Origin: Eremomyces bilateralis CBS 781.70
Lineage: Eukaryota
DNA: 64,000 bases
Strand: one strand, 5' to 3'
NCBI GenBank assembly: GCA_010015585.1
Contig: ML975149.1
In this document: positions 23,472-37,400 of the stretch, piece after piece
Layout: every line of letters starts with the position of its first letter
How positions within the stretch are numbered: the stretch's first letter is position 1
The notes under the pieces: model-generated
Told to the model about the DNA's origin: nothing
Seen by the model: the letters and a program-made list of their open reading frames with translations, nothing else
The model's database searches: none
Translations under genes and position numbers: made by a program

Positions 23472-25576
23472 TCATGGCTCCTTCTGCGAGAACATCCCCG
23501 AGAACCCAACACGTAACCACTGCTTCCCCTTTTTCTGATTCTTCTTACTATCCAGCCGTGTCGCCTCCTCCTGCGTGATCCCATCCTCGATATCCGTAAC
23601 CTCGGACGACGAATCCGCGGTAACTTCCCCTTTCAGCCTTGCCTTCATCTCCCTAAACCTCGATTCGTCTAACATCCATTGCAGCGCCTGCTCCCGGAGG
23701 TCATCAACCGCTTTCATGGGTATTGTCATCTTATCCGCATCATTGATCACGGCTCGGATGCGAGATTCTTTGATGCCGATCCCTCTATCCAGAACCTTGT
23801 GTACGTCTGCGGCGCTTTCCTGCTCGAGAAGGACCCTCGAATGTTCTCGGAGGACGGCGATCGCGACGGCGAAGAGGAATAGGTACCCATCAGGAGGTTG
23901 ACGGCAAAACAGGATATCCCAAACTCGGTATGTAAATTCGGCAGACGTATTGTGGAAGCCGTCCGCAAATAGGGCGATAAACCATCGCATTGTGAAAGGT
24001 GCGATCTGTACTTCCAACTGCTTGAAATGCCGGAAGATATCAGGTGCCGCCCTCGAGAGGAGCGTCATGAGCACTTGTTGGTCCGCAGTCGGTATCAGGA
24101 GATCGCCCGTCCAATATCCGTGTGGCATGATCCTCTCAATGACGGACGACAGGAGTAAGAATGCCGGTGCAGGTCGCGGTGTGACGAGGATCAGGAACGC
24201 AGCAATCTTGTGCATGCCTTGGCAGTATCCCGTATCTGGATTTCGTACGGCGTATGCGCAGAGGATTTCGCGGATTCGGTCTGCGCCTAGCCCTTTGGCG
24301 CCGTAGAAGAAAATGTTGGTTCTCGTTAGTGTCCTCTGAACATCATGTTCAATCTCCAATCGAACGCTTTCAGAGAGTTCGAGTTGCGATCGGTCGACAT
24401 AGGACTTGAAATCGTCCTTCGACAGCAGCAGATACGACCCCGCTGCCTCCAGCCAAACTTCGGCGCGGAGCTCAATAGGAATTCCGGTCCGTACGAGACC
24501 ATCAAATGTGGACTGAAAAGTCTTCCCTTTTTCTTCGTTATTGCCCCATTCCAATATCGCAAGCGGCGTCTCTTCGGTGACCTTCTCTGGGTCAATCTCC
24601 TTCTCACACTCTTTCTTGAACTTGTACCACGCCCCGAGTTTACGGAGCTTGACCTGGCGGTCTTGAACGGTCCGCAAGCTCCTTTCGGCGGGCCTTTCGA
24701 CCACTTTGAAACCAAACTTATCCACTATCAGGTCGGAGTCGTCTTCGGTGGACGCTGTACTTTCTGCGTCGCTCGACAGGTTATCATCAAGGGGCACCCA
24801 CTCTCTCAGTGCTGGAGGCAAGGACTCGGGCGCATAAAAATCACCCATCCGGAGCGGTATTCGTGAATCGCCAGACACAACGGACTCTCGTTTTTTCGAG
24901 TTGTCCTCCTCCTCCACATGGCGACTTTTTCGTTTCTGTCGCGAGTCCTTTTTGGTGGTGGCATCGGACGGTAAGGTATGGCTAAATTACGTCAACACCC
25001 CGTCGAGTGCTGTTTGCTCCCACTTCCTCAAGTACTCACCGGCGTTCGTCCTTAGGCTGCTTGGCTGCTGGTTCCTGAGTAACATCCGGCTTGAAATCAG
25101 GATGAAAGGGTATGTTTTCTGAACGTGAGAGGTGTAGAGCCTCGAATAGGTTCTCCGTCTGATAGCCTTGGGTATCATCCTCCGGGCCAGGGAGAGGCGG
25201 AATCAACTCCCCTGAATCCCAGAGGGGACGTGTTTCTGGTGGGTTAATCTCCCCTGACGGGCGTCGAAGAAGCTGCTCGATCTGGGACTTTCTCCACACC
25301 TTGTTCTGTTAGCAGAATATTCATAAATTTGGAATTAATTTGCCTTACTACGTTGCTCCCAGAACTCCAGGTAGGGTCTTCTTCGTCGCCTTCTGGAACC
25401 GTAGCCTCCACTTCGAATCGTATTGCATTCGGACAACGCCCGTTGCTGCGGCCGGAAATAGGAGCGGATGAACTTCGTCGTCTGTTGAGAATCACGTTTT
25501 TAATCGACTGATAGGCGGACGAGCTGGGTCTCTCTGTTGGTGCTTTGACTGGAGCATCTCCCAGTTGCGCTATCAC
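23472..25576 (-). CDS. TBC-domain Rab GTPase-activating protein (5' end uncertain)
   Basis: GIPIELRAEVW, IEHDVQRT (Arg finger), GYCQGM (Gln finger), RWFIALF, YRVWDILF; upstream exons linked by GT-AG introns. Confidence 0.85.
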
Positions 25577-26535
25577 AATTTGTTAGACATAACTCTCAAA
25601 ACTCGGAGAAAACCAAGATCCGCTAGACATGATGCTCGAACGAGGAGGAATTAAGATATGCCCCAATAGTGCGGCGTAGAATGTAGCCACGATTGATTCA
25701 GCACACAACGCAATCGTGGAAGTCAACTATAAGCACCCTTGTCTTACAAACAAAACTTGGCGAAGAACGTCTATTCGAATAAAAAGGGACATCTTGAGAG
25801 GTAATTGGAACACATTCCGAGATTCTAATGACAAAACGGACACATGGGGGTGGAGGCACGATCTGGGTGAGGCGGGCAGATGAGAGGTGTACAATGGACA
25901 GAAGCAAGTATAGCAGGATTTGCACCATTCTAGGAAACTGCCCCATATCATCACTTACCCGATTCACCATCGGCACCCTCACTGTCCATCCAAGATATGA
26001 CTCTATCCAAAAGCAGGTGGCTGAAGTACGGAGATTGTGGGGGCTAACAACGAGAAGTCAATGTGGGAGACATCCGACATTTCAGTAGACGAAATGTCCG
26101 ATCGGTGTGTATATGCTGGCAAAAACCCTGGCTTGATGATTTGTGTTATAACTTGAACAGTTGTACTCAGTTGTAGAGTCGTGAATGGAAGATAAGTGTT
26201 TGATACAGGTGGTTAAAGCAGTGACGGAAGATCATTATGACATGATACAACGGGCGGGGGTCTTCCCAGCAGTGGCAAGGACCCTCGTCGCCGAGCTTAA
26301 TCCTACCTCTCCAATATTAATAACTTCATTGTTCATGATGCATGATTGCTTGCGCGATTTGCAAAGCCGTCCAGACTTCAGTCTATCTCCTTTGGACTTT
26401 GGACACAGACCAGCATGATAAGACTAGAACAGGGAGTCAATGATCAGATTCCAAACTGACGTGTAGGTCAATTGTCGACGTGCTTGTGTCTTGATACCAG
26501 ACGGTTCTCCATAGAGCGCCTTATTCTTCTATCGA

Positions 26536-27597
26536 ATGGCTTCTCGTACAGAAACGGATGAAGAGGCTGCTTTGGAAGCGATCGCAACACTGCAGAACTG
26601 CTCGGGGGAGCAAAAAAAGGCTCAAGAAGAGATAGATACCCTCCTTCTCGATGAAAACCCCTTCGCCAACATCAATGAGTTGTTTCCGTTGTATGACACC
26701 TTGTACTTCCGTGGTCTCCTCCTTCGCGACCGGGTGGAGGTATCTTGGTCAAGTAGGTTGACATTGTAAGTGCGTCTAGCTGTATTGATGGGCATGGATT
26801 AATCAAGAATTGCATAGGTGCGCTGGAATATGCGAACTGCTCAAAGACAATGCTGGAAAGTATAGGCGGATCCGAGTCAAGCTGTCCGAACCGCTGTTGA
26901 AGTATCGCACGCGAGAGGACACTGTAAATACGTTTCTCCATGAGTAAGAGTTTCCATAGAACCTGTTTAATGGGATTGTATTGATATTGACAGGCCACGG
27001 TGAACTAGGTTAATGCACGCATACTTCTTCGTCACAACCTCCTTCAAACACTCCCGCGAAGACGGCGGACATGGACCAGGATTTCTCCTCCTCGCCAATT
27101 CTATCAACAACCACGGGAGCTACTTCATTACGGTATTCCACACATTCCATGACGAGGTCGACAGCTATCGTACACACGTGTGGCAATGTAACGGCTCCTG
27201 CAAAGACCGGCCACCATTTTTCGGCCTCGTCAAACGAAGCATGAACCGCCCTCCGTCGAAATCGGACTTCTGGTGGACGCGCCATGAAGCAGAGTGCGGC
27301 GGCGAATACACCAAGATTGCGGAACCGAAGCCTACCAAGGCGCAGATCGCGTCTTTGTCCGCGAAGGAACGAGCAGGCCGGCAGAAAAATAAGATCAATG
27401 CGTGGCTTACGCCGGCGGCAGATGCAGGCCCGGTTGACGCAGGCACCGAGGCCTCTCGTCGTCCTGTAAGAAAGCGGGCGGCGGACGAACAGACGGAGCT
27501 GACACCGAAGAGGGCGACCGTGGAATGCCCGATCTGTAACGCCCGTGTCGCAGAAACATCGATCAACGATCATCTGGACAACGAGCACTCTTCATGA
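26536..27597 (+). CDS. SprT-like (Spartan) Zn metalloprotease with C-terminal UBZ finger
   Basis: VSWSSRLTLCAGIC, LSEPLLKYR, spliced HELMH (HExxH), GHGPGF, WQCNGSC, VKRSMNRPP, CGGEYTKI, CPIC..INDHLD. Confidence 0.92.
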
Positions 27598-27623
27598 CCG
27601 TTCTGATTCAGGCGCCGTCATAT

Positions 27624-28881
27624 TTATTTCATGAGCTCTTCCACAATCTTCGATTGCGAGTCCGACAACGTCGAATTAAGCGGAGGCCTTCCCGCAGCCG
27701 CAATCGGTGCCTTTGCCGACGATCTACTCTGCGCAGCAGGTCTCACCTTCGGATTGGGGGTAGAACTTGAAGCACTAGCCTTGGGGGACGAAGCCGACGA
27801 TTTTCGCCGCTCCTGTTCCTTTGCTTGTGGATAAGGCCAGGCAGATTCAGCCACTGCCTGGTGCTCAACGTTGTTCAAGACCCGTGCGATGCTCGAGCTA
27901 TATGTCCCGAACCACTCGCTCCACGATTGTTTCTCGCCATCGCCTACAGCCTGGGCTAACTTCCGGTCAGCGGAGTCTATGGTCATGGGAATATAACTCA
28001 CTGATCCGAGGGGCCGCTTGCTCGGTAGCCTTTGCTCTCGCATTCGCTTCTGCCAAGCTTCTCGCAATATTCCCCGCTGACGTGACGCCATTCTGGATGG
28101 CACGGACATCGTCCATGGATAGGTTAGACGGTAATCGGACCTGATAGGTGCCGCTCAGAGTGACGGAACGATCCCGTTGAGCTGACGGATCTCCTGGCTT
28201 CTCTGCCCGCGGGATCTCTTCGACCTCCTCTTCATCTATGACCGGTTCACACCACTTCCTACCACGCGTCCCAGTCACGACCGGCCTCGGTGAATTATTT
28301 CTACTCGACCGAGCGCTCCTGACGTCATCTGAGCCCGCACCATGGTGCCGAAGCTCCCGTCTTGCCTCCAACAACACCTGATTCAACCGCGATAGCTCTT
28401 CTTCCCTCGTTACGGGAGTGTCCGAATCTCCTTCCGTTCCACCTGTTCCCCTTTGTCCATCCTGCCCTACCCCTTTCTTCGCGCGCCCTCGTCGTCTAGG
28501 CAATTTCGGCGCAGCTGCAGGTCGGGAATATAGCTCCCGGACCTGCTCTTCTATTTCCCGCACACGGCTCTTCAAGGCTTCAACCTCGGATGATAGAGGC
28601 ACTCCGCCATCCGTACTTGCATTCGTGTCTCTTCGATTCAGTTTGCGTGGTCGTCGCCGGGCGGTGGCAGGCGGGTCTGCTTGTTCGGAATGCTGGTTGC
28701 TGGTGGCATTTTGCGGTTCGGTCCGCTCTGGTGATGAGATACGCACTCCGCCCCCAGAACTGTCACGAGAGAGGTCAGGTTCGCGAGCTAGCTTCCGTGG
28801 TCTCCTCCGTTTCGGTGCCGTTTGAACTGCGTCTGAACCCCGCTGTGGAGCATCCGACTGTGGGGGAGCCTGATACGGCAT
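27624..28881 (-). CDS. Fungal hypothetical low-complexity/coiled-coil protein
   Basis: 304-codon ORF joined by a GTGAGT..GCTGAC..TAG intron (about 27960-28000) to a terminal exon SWSEWFGTYSSSIAR...IVEELMK*. Confidence 0.7.
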
Positions 28882-29281
28882 GATGTTGACCCCGCTGCTG
28901 GGCCTTGGACTGACTACTTAGTTTTACTGTAGTTAACTAGTTATAGTTGTTACCTAAAGAATAGTCAAGACGGTCCTTCATTGTGCGGTATATTTGATGT
29001 GACCCCGGTCCCCATTGCCAGGTTTCTCCAACTTCAACATCAAGGCGGCTGATGACCTATGCCAAGCCGATGGTCGAATGCGGGCAAGGGTCGTCCCGCA
29101 CATGCAAGGGAGGTGTAAATGTTCACCATTCTCATCAACCATCACGAGCTCGAAGCTGATGTTGTTGGGCTCACCTCTCGTCTCTTTTCGTTGAAAAACA
29201 GTTCTCTCTATATCTGCTACTAAGACATATCTCTATGTACTTATGACTAGGTACTCAGTAGAATGCAGATGAGAAATCGCC

Positions 29282-29950
29282 ATGGCCACTTCTGATGAAG
29301 AGATCCTGCGCGATCCTTATCGACCTATCCCGTGTCTTCCAGGCGTAAGGCCAGTTATAGTTCAACAGTAATTGGTTCCCAATTTGTGAATACATGTACG
29401 ATGGCATGCTAAGATATTGACAGGAGCAATAGCTTAGAGCGATCGATTTTCTTGGATAGACCTCTTTTCGGTCCACTCCTCTTTGAGAACAAGGACTCGG
29501 ATGCTCGAGACAACTGCGCAAACGAGAGAAGTACGCCTTGAAATGCTAATATTTAAGATATGAGCTAATCTAACACGCCTTAGCTTTTCTTTCATGGCTT
29601 CGGTTGTCCGTCTACATGTCCATTGTGGCCGTCGCCATCGTGATATCCTTCCACCTCAAGACACAGCCTTCGGATATAGAGCTGCGGCTTTCCCTGCCCT
29701 TTGGGCTTGTCTTTTGGTTTCTATCATTGGCATGTCTAGTCTCTGGGGCGGCAAACTATATTAAAACAGTCACCAGGTACAGTCAACGGCAAGCCTTGGT
29801 ACAGTCCGGATGGAAAACGCAGCTGGTCAGTCATTTTTCATTGTTACGTTTGATACTCGTGCTAACGAATGTTAGGTATTCACCATCGTTTCGGCAGCTA
29901 TTGTTGCTGCTTGCGTACTGTTCCTATCAACCAATGCGAAAAACAAATGA
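29282..29950 (+). CDS. DUF202 (YidH-like) membrane protein (start uncertain)
   Basis: Spliced FENKDSDARDNCANERTFLSWLRLSVY signature plus three TM segments; TGA 29948-29950. Confidence 0.8.
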
Positions 29951-30097
29951 CATGTCGTCGATGCCTGGGATAATCCTTCTTAGACATGCGCCAATACAAC
30001 GCCTAGTACATGACAATGCCGTCGTTATTCTAATCGCCTTCGCACTCACCAGTGAATCTCCAGGGTGTCTTGCTACCCAGCGACAAGAATGAATACA

Positions 30098-31059
30098 TTA
30101 CATATCAAGTATAGCCCAAGTGCTGTCGTCCACTGTCGTGAAGATCAGCCCCAATCCCGCAAGCTCCTCTGCAGCATCTTGTGTTTCTTTAAGGTTCATG
30201 CGCATCCTTGTGGCAAGGTCGTGGATGTGCAACCCTTCAGTAACGCCGGAACTTTGAATCTCAGCGAACAACTTCTTTGCGCGGGTCGACGACCCAGGTG
30301 GTACCTGGGGCCCGGTTCCGGTGTTCGTGGCATTGTTCATGTCGTTGTTCACTCCCGCATTCTGGGCGCCACTGGTGGCATTCTTTGGTATGCCGGACTT
30401 GTCGAGCGGGCCTTTGGTGAAATACATGTGTACGGAGGTCGCTTCGAGGAGGTGGTATTGGATCTCGTTCAGATCGGTAACCGCTCGGATGATGGTGGTA
30501 CCAACATGCTTCTTGCCGTTGAACTCCTTCAGTTTTCCGAAGACGCGACAGTAGCCGTTCTCCACCAGCGCCGATGATTTCTTGCCCTCGGCATCCATCT
30601 CTTGTTTCTCCGTGTCCAACCAATACTTGACATCCAGTCCTCCGGTTCCATCCTCCACCTTGTATGTGACGTTCGTGGCTTGGGTCGAGATGTTGCGGAT
30701 CTGGGCCACGAAAGTCACCTGGCCAATAGCGGCTCCGTCGATCTCGAACTGATCGTCTCCTAATGATTTGGCATCCAGTATTTGCTTGATCGTGACGGGT
30801 CGCAGAGTATCTTTTGCGTAGGCCTGGCTCTGTTAGGAATACTGCCGATTTCGCCTTGGATTACTAGCATCCTTACCTTGCTTGCACTGCCGGGACTTGT
30901 TTGGCTACCATTTGCCATAAATCCTCCTCCGCCAGCACCGCCTTGGGCGCCGTAAGACGTCGTAGAATACCCGCCTCCACCTCCGCCGCCACCGTAACCG
31001 AAATCTGCCAGACCCTATCAGTATTGCGGTTTAAACAAATAGCAGGTCAACTTACCCAT
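30098..31059 (-). CDS. RFA2: Replication protein A 32-kDa subunit
   Basis: Gly-rich N-terminus (GGGGFM), TLRPVTIKQI, OB-fold (YKVEDGTG, NEIQYHLLE), winged helix (GLIFTTVDD); first coding exon is only ATGG. Confidence 0.94.
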
Positions 31060-31129
31060 TGTGATAAGAGGCCTGGCTAGTGGTGATGAATTTGAAATGA
31101 GGGATCCCGGCACGGAGCTCGAGGTTTGT

Positions 31130-31280
31130 ATTGGGATGAGTTAACAAAGTTGAGATGATTTCCGATCTTCGTTGGTCCTTCGAAAACTTGAGGAGCGACA
31201 AGTCGGTGCCGCGTTGGGGGACGCGTTTCGACGCGATCCCCTCAATGTCACGTGATGATAAGATAGTTGCAAAAAAAAAC
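31130..31280. promoter_or_regulatory. Bidirectional RFA2/DBP10 promoter with MCB, E-box and PAC-like motifs
   Basis: ACGCGT 31221-31226, ACGCGA 31231-31236, TCACGTGA 31248-31255, GATGAG 31135-31140 in a 313-bp spacer. Confidence 0.6.
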
Positions 31281-31372
31281 CCATACCATCTCCAATCTCA
31301 ACCTCGCAGAACGGGATCTGAATGATCACATAAAGACTCAGTCCATGATCTTTTATTACACTTCAAAACAAA

Positions 31373-34111
31373 ATGGCTCCTAGAGCACCATCTCCGGCGC
31401 TTTCAGTCAATGAGTTTGATATAACAGATTCCTTATTTGGCAGTGGCAAGCAGCAGTTCGAAAGTGATGGCGATGCACGGCGTCTTAAATCGGACAATCC
31501 CAACTACCAAGAGCTGGGGGTTATCTTAGATGAAGATGGAAGTGATGATGAAAAATTCATTGCGGCGCAGCAAGCGGCTTCGAACCGAAAAGCGTCGAAT
31601 CTCAAAGGAAGAACGGTCAAGAAAGGAGGAGGCTTTCAAGCTATGGGCCTCAACCAGCTGCTTATGAAAGCTATAGCACGAAAAGGCTTCTCTGTCCCTA
31701 CTCCAATTCAGCGAAAAACCATTCCGTTACTCCTTGAAGGCAAAGATGTGGTGGGAATGGCGCGGACGGGATCTGGGAAAACAGCGGCCTTTGTCCTTCC
31801 GATGATCGAAAAGTTGAAGACTCATAGCGCAAAGGTGGGCTCGCGTGCGATGATTCTATCACCTTCACGAGAACTGGCGTTGCAGACATTGAAGGTCGTC
31901 AAAGAGCTTGGAAAAGGAACGGATCTTCGCACGGTGCTACTCGTTGGTGGCGACTCGCTTGACGAGCAATTCAGCGCTATGACAACGAATCCCGATATCA
32001 TCATTGCCACCCCGGGTCGGTTGATGCATCTGAAAGTCGAAATGAGATTGGATTTATCATCTGTTCGATACGTTGTCTTCGATGAAGCTGACAGGCTGTT
32101 CGAGATGGGATTCGCTTCTCAGCTCCACGAAATCCTTGCTTCACTTCCGCCAGCGCGGCAGACATTGCTCTTTTCAGCAACACTCCCGAAGTCACTCGTG
32201 GAGTTCGCTCGAGCCGGATTGCAAGAACCGACCCTAGTCCGCCTGGATGCAGAGAGTAAGATCTCTCCCGATCTTCAGAGCGCCTTCTTCACGGTCAAAA
32301 CTGCGGAACGTGAAGGGGCTTTGCTCTATATCCTTGAGGATATAATCAAAATGCCTCAAGGGCCCACGCCGCAGGCAATGAAGCTCAAAGAACCAAAATC
32401 AGAATCATCCGGGAAAAAGAGAAAGCGAGGCATCGACGCCCCATCTGCGAGCGAGTCGCCAACCGAACACTCTACGATCGTCTTTGTTGCAACTAAGCAT
32501 TGCGTCGAGTACCTTGCGGCGCTCCTGAAAACATATGGATACGCGGTCTCTCATGCCTATGGCGCGTTGGATCAGACGGCGCGGAAGGTTCAGGTTCAAA
32601 ACTTCAGAATGGGCTTGAGTCAAATCATGGTTGTCACCGACGTTGCGGCTCGTGGGATTGATATTCCGATCCTTGCAAACGTTATCAACTACAACATGCC
32701 TTCGCAACCGAAGATTTTCGTTCATCGCGTGGGACGAACTGCTCGTGCCGGGAAAAAAGGCTGGAGCTACAGTTTGGCGCGAGACGCCGATCTGCCTTAC
32801 CTTCTCGACCTTCAGTTGTTCTTGAGCAGAAGGTTAATCGAAGGTCGAGAGAACGATGGCGATGTCAACTTTGCAAGCGACGTTGCGGTTGGAAGTCTTC
32901 CTAAAGAGAGGCTTGGAACTCATTGTGAGTGGGTTGGTCGACTCCTTGACGAAGATTTCGACGTACAAGCTCTCAAATCAACCTCAATGAAAGGCGAGCG
33001 TCAGTACGAAAGGACACGAAACGGCGCGTCCTCCCAGAGTGCCAAAAGATCGTCGATCTTGATGAAGAGCGGACACATCTCAACCTTGAATCCATTATTC
33101 TCTGACGAAAATCACGTTGAGGCGCTAAAACGGGAGAAGATGATGGCCCTTGTTAGTGGATTCCGACCTCAAGAAACAGTATTCGAGTTCGGTGGCAAAA
33201 AGGGGGAAGTGAGTGAAGTGGCTGAGATTGCCAAACGGCGACGCCAGTCCATCCAAGCACGGAAGCAAAAGCAAGAGGTGATCACCGAGGCGGAAGTATC
33301 GATCGATGAGGACTCGCCTGAAAGTCCTTCAATGACCATTTCTCGGCTTGAAGAAGCCATCGAGCCGGTGGAGCCGGAGGTCGATATCATGTCAGATGAT
33401 GATATGGAAGTGTCAATATCCAATTCTCAGAATCCGAAGACGGGAGGCGGTGAAGAAAGCTGGCGAGATGACGAGAACTTCCTCACCTACCAACCGAAAT
33501 CACTCAATTTGGCAGAAGACCAAGGCTACGGCGTTCAGTCTGGGACGCAATCATCACGACATCCTGTCACTTTCCTCGAACAAGCTCGTGGGGCAACGCT
33601 TGATCTTGTGAATGATGAGTCGAAAGGCTTCGCTGAGGCCAGCAAAGTCCGGCTCGTCAAATGGGATAAGAAAGCCAAAAAGTACGTCAAGCGAAGCGTG
33701 GATGACGATGGTTCTGGGGACAAGAAGATGATCCGGGGTGAAAGTGGTCTCAAGCTTGCTGCCAGTTTCCGCAGCGGCCGCTTCGATGAATGGAAGAAAT
33801 CCAACCGGATCGGAAGACTACCTCGTATTGGCGAGGCGGAAGTGACTTCGAAGGCTCGCAATGGACCCCATGGCGACAAGCGCTTCAAACACAATTCCGA
33901 AAAGGCGCCAAAAGAAGCCGATCGATTCCGAGACGACTATCACACGCAAAAGCAGAAGGTGGTCGAAGCCAAGGAGAAGCGCATTGGCAAATTCAAGGAC
34001 GGCGTGGGTAAGAGTGAGGTTCGAAACGTCGATGCGATACGGAAGCAGAGAAAGGTCAAGGAGCGACGCAAGGAAAAGAATGCCAGGCCAGCCAAAAAGA
34101 GAAGGACCTAA
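31373..34111 (+). CDS. DBP10: DEAD-box RNA helicase Dbp10 (60S biogenesis)
   Basis: 912-aa intronless [40 protein letters not shown]-terminal [31 protein letters not shown]. Confidence 0.96.
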   Translation: MAPRAPSPALSVNEFDITDSLFGSGKQQFESDGDARRLKSDNPNYQELGVILDEDGSDDEKFIAAQQAASNRKASNLKGRTVKKGGGFQAMGLNQLLMKAIARKGFSVPTPIQRKTIPLLLEGKDVVGMARTGSGKTAAFVLPMIEKLKTHSAKVGSRAMILSPSRELALQTLKVVKELGKGTDLRTVLLVGGDSLDEQFSAMTTNPDIIIATPGRLMHLKVEMRLDLSSVRYVVFDEADRLFEMGFASQLHEILASLPPARQTLLFSATLPKSLVEFARAGLQEPTLVRLDAESKISPDLQSAFFTVKTAEREGALLYILEDIIKMPQGPTPQAMKLKEPKSESSGKKRKRGIDAPSASESPTEHSTIVFVATKHCVEYLAALLKTYGYAVSHAYGALDQTARKVQVQNFRMGLSQIMVVTDVAARGIDIPILANVINYNMPSQPKIFVHRVGRTARAGKKGWSYSLARDADLPYLLDLQLFLSRRLIEGRENDGDVNFASDVAVGSLPKERLGTHCEWVGRLLDEDFDVQALKSTSMKGERQYERTRNGASSQSAKRSSILMKSGHISTLNPLFSDENHVEALKREKMMALVSGFRPQETVFEFGGKKGEVSEVAEIAKRRRQSIQARKQKQEVITEAEVSIDEDSPESPSMTISRLEEAIEPVEPEVDIMSDDDMEVSISNSQNPKTGGGEESWRDDENFLTYQPKSLNLAEDQGYGVQSGTQSSRHPVTFLEQARGATLDLVNDESKGFAEASKVRLVKWDKKAKKYVKRSVDDDGSGDKKMIRGESGLKLAASFRSGRFDEWKKSNRIGRLPRIGEAEVTSKARNGPHGDKRFKHNSEKAPKEADRFRDDYHTQKQKVVEAKEKRIGKFKDGVGKSEVRNVDAIRKQRKVKERRKEKNARPAKKRRT

Positions 34112-34235
34112 ACATCCATTTCTAGTCAATATCTCCTATTGTAGGTGGCGATAGAGTGACTTGCTCTCACCATTGGATGCTCTAGACCTCAGACGAGCGT
34201 TTTTAAATACTTTATACACTCGAATTAAGTTTTTT

Positions 34236-37200
34236 TCAATAACTCAAGCCATTGGCGTCATAAACAACAGTCGAGAAACGGAGGACTAGGTCGTCATTCT
34301 CTTTTTCTATCGCTCTGCAATTCGCCCAGCAATTGCCTGGGGACATTCGACGGTGATCCTGATCTTCGTCGAGCCGAGTCTCAAGAGGAAGGTTTTCATA
34401 ACCTGGGAAATAAATGCCAGACCAGTTCAACGCTTTTGAAATCAATTCTGCCTTAAAGTCTCCCCAGAAATAATCAATCTCGGATGCCGCTTGGCAATAT
34501 CATTCGGTGCCACTGTGGCTGCCCTATGGTTTAGCTCCCGCTCGATAGTCCTACGGAGATCAGAAACCGACCCCACGCATGCAGGAACAGGACGGGATCT
34601 CACATTATGGTGGCGCAGTCAAGTGTCACGGTGTCTGTCAGCGCGGGCTTCGCTTTTGACTTGGAATCAGGAATCTCGTGTTCTGTGTAAGCTTTCGATT
34701 ACGAACGGCGTACCCAGCTTTGTCAAACTTGGATCGGGACTTTTCATCAGGGGTGAGGTCAGAGGTGGAAATTTGTCCAACCAATGCGCCAGTTTCAGTG
34801 ATGTTTTCATACCGATAATCGCCCTGTCCGGTCCGAGAGCCGCTTCATTCTAGCGCTAATCAAAATATATTGGAACTGTCAATAGTTTCAATATTAACAT
34901 TCATGAACCTTACATACCTCATTACCTGCCGTACTCTGACTGGGCCCGGTTCAGAATTTGCACCGTCATCCCGTCAATAATGCCCAATAGCGTCGACATA
35001 ACACACGGGCCTTGTTCACTGTTCAGGTTTCCAGGTCTGTGGCAGAGCGGCGGAGCCACGCGAACATGCTGGGAACATTCGGGGGTTCAAGGCGCATCGA
35101 ATATCCGCGTGGCTGCTTTCACCAAGAACAAAATCAATTATTAAACCCACGGCTCACGAGTTTACGAAGACAAGATTCTCATCGTTTCTCTCTGCTTGAT
35201 TCCAAATTATCTCTCCCCATACAAAGGAACCCTAGGATACCCCGAGAAGTTGAACTGCCCTAAAAGAGGAAATCCCCTGCCACTTCGAATCTCTGATGTT
35301 CATGATCTTCCGAACTCCACGACATTCATCCGGATCGACTCAGCATCCACCTGCTTTTATCAGCCATGAATGTATCACTCCCCACAGGACACGGATCTTC
35401 GGGCCTTTTTTTCCTCCCGCAACCCAGAGAACGTTCAGCTGTCAGTATCGAACTGTTGACTGTTGAGACCTTTGCGCCTTGAGGGTCTCAATATTAAGTT
35501 TTTCCCAGCTCTCCAGACTCCAAGTCCTAAGTAAAATGACGTAGCGCAAATACCGGTAATAAATGGGCAAGATTAACAAAATTTTCCCGAGTGAGCTGCT
35601 TAGGGACACAGGCAGTGATTGTGGAGGTCGGGAATTCGGGACACGAGAAGTGCCCACTTTCCAGCGCCGACTCCCAACTACGAGGCCTTTTTTGCGGCCA
35701 GTCGAACAAGAGATACCTAGCCAGATTCCGCAGGTATGAACATCTCTCCCCCAGTAATTCCCCTGAGGCTGAAATGGGTTGTCACCTTGTCCATGCGCGA
35801 TGGCTTATGAACTATTGGAGGATCTGCAGCATCAGGTCCCTTGCTCTGGGTCCATGGGATGACAATCCAGAAAACGGATCTGACTCCGGAAAATTATTTT
35901 GTGCAAACTGCAAAGTATCATCCTACTTTAAGGGCCAAAGCCGGAAGACGCATGGGAATTGGGAATCAACTAACGTTTGTGAATCACTGAAACTGAAACT
36001 TTGGATATCTTTCCTCCGATATCAATGGCTGTTTGATCGGAAAAATTCTTCGATTTTGACGGAAGGATCAGATTATGCAGGATGGGCTTGAGTCTAACCA
36101 AAATTGGCAAGTAGACAGATGCCCTGCGGGCTGCGGATGCAAACGCATATCTTCGCTCGTCCGCCGACCACCACATACCGGCATGAGTAGCAGCACTATA
36201 ATTGAACAGTTCGGGGCAGAGAACATGTGAGGCTTAGGTATGGCTTTATCACCTCAATTAGTCAACCTAGAGATATTATTCCGGAAAGTCTCACATTGGC
36301 CCCTTTTGTTTGCAGGGACGCCTGGTCAAGACGTCACCAAAAGTCCCTGGACAATACTCGACTGTTGCACCAGCGAAGTTGCCAGCCGTTGGATGTGGGC
36401 GTTTGGCGGGTGCCGAACTCGCTAAATCGTTAGACCAGGAACCTTACCAAGCTCCAAGGGTTATATAGGAATATTGGTGGTGCAACAGGTTGGAGATTTT
36501 GCTGATGCCAGGATTTTATCGTTCACAATTCACAATTGCCAGAATGAGGCACTGAATTCAATCACCATGAAGCCTTCGTGTCGAAGGGGTACGGTCCATA
36601 TATAGCATTGCAGCTTTACAGGCCTCGTACTCAGCATCTTCTCTCTCTTTAGATTTCTTCCTAGACGACTTCGGTGCCATCAGTTCCACGCCTGTATCGG
36701 ACATCGGTGGGCTACGCATGTGGTGAGCGATGACGGGATTAATGACCATTGCAGGGGATCCGCGCGATATTAAACCTTCCAGCTTATGAGCGTCCTTCCC
36801 TTTTTCTCTGCATTTACGAGAAATATATTGGCACATGGACAGGTACTCGGGAATTATGCAGAGGTCAACTCTCTGGTTGTCGAACTCTTCTGGAGTTTCG
36901 TGTGACATAACTGGAGACTCTTTCGTTTGTGTCGACTTGTCCTATTTCCTCGCATCGGAGAGCTTCCAGGGTCCGCATCACCGTTTCTGCAATGTCACTC
37001 CTCTTATTACTGGGATTGCTCACACAACCTCGGCCTCTATCGATGCTTTGAATCCAACACACAAATTTTTCGTGCAAAGATGGAGTTGTTTCAAGACCTG
37101 GGACCCGGTTGGCAGACTCCGGAGCGTGCGCATGGCCTCATGCCTCGGAGTTTTATCATCTCGATCATTTTCCCTCACAGGACAGGGTCCATCCCGCATA

Positions 37201-37400
37201 GAGTGCATACGAGGTCTTTGAGCCACATGTCTTTGATGAGATTTTTCGATGCATGGCTTTCAGCACGACCATGGTCACCAGAACGAACGCATGAGCGGTG
37301 GCGTCATCAGCGGTCTCTTAACATTGAGCATGGATGACCTCGAGTGCTCGACCAGGATCGAAGCGTCGAACCGGGTTCGGATATATTACATGTGTTACAA
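34236..37400 (-). pseudogene. Possible decayed, intron-containing gene relic(s), unidentified
   Basis: Protein-like minus-strand fragments broken by stops (34236-34480, 35527-36176, 36558-37226) and intron-shaped segments near 34875-34918 and 34551-34603; no family recognised. Confidence 0.3.
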
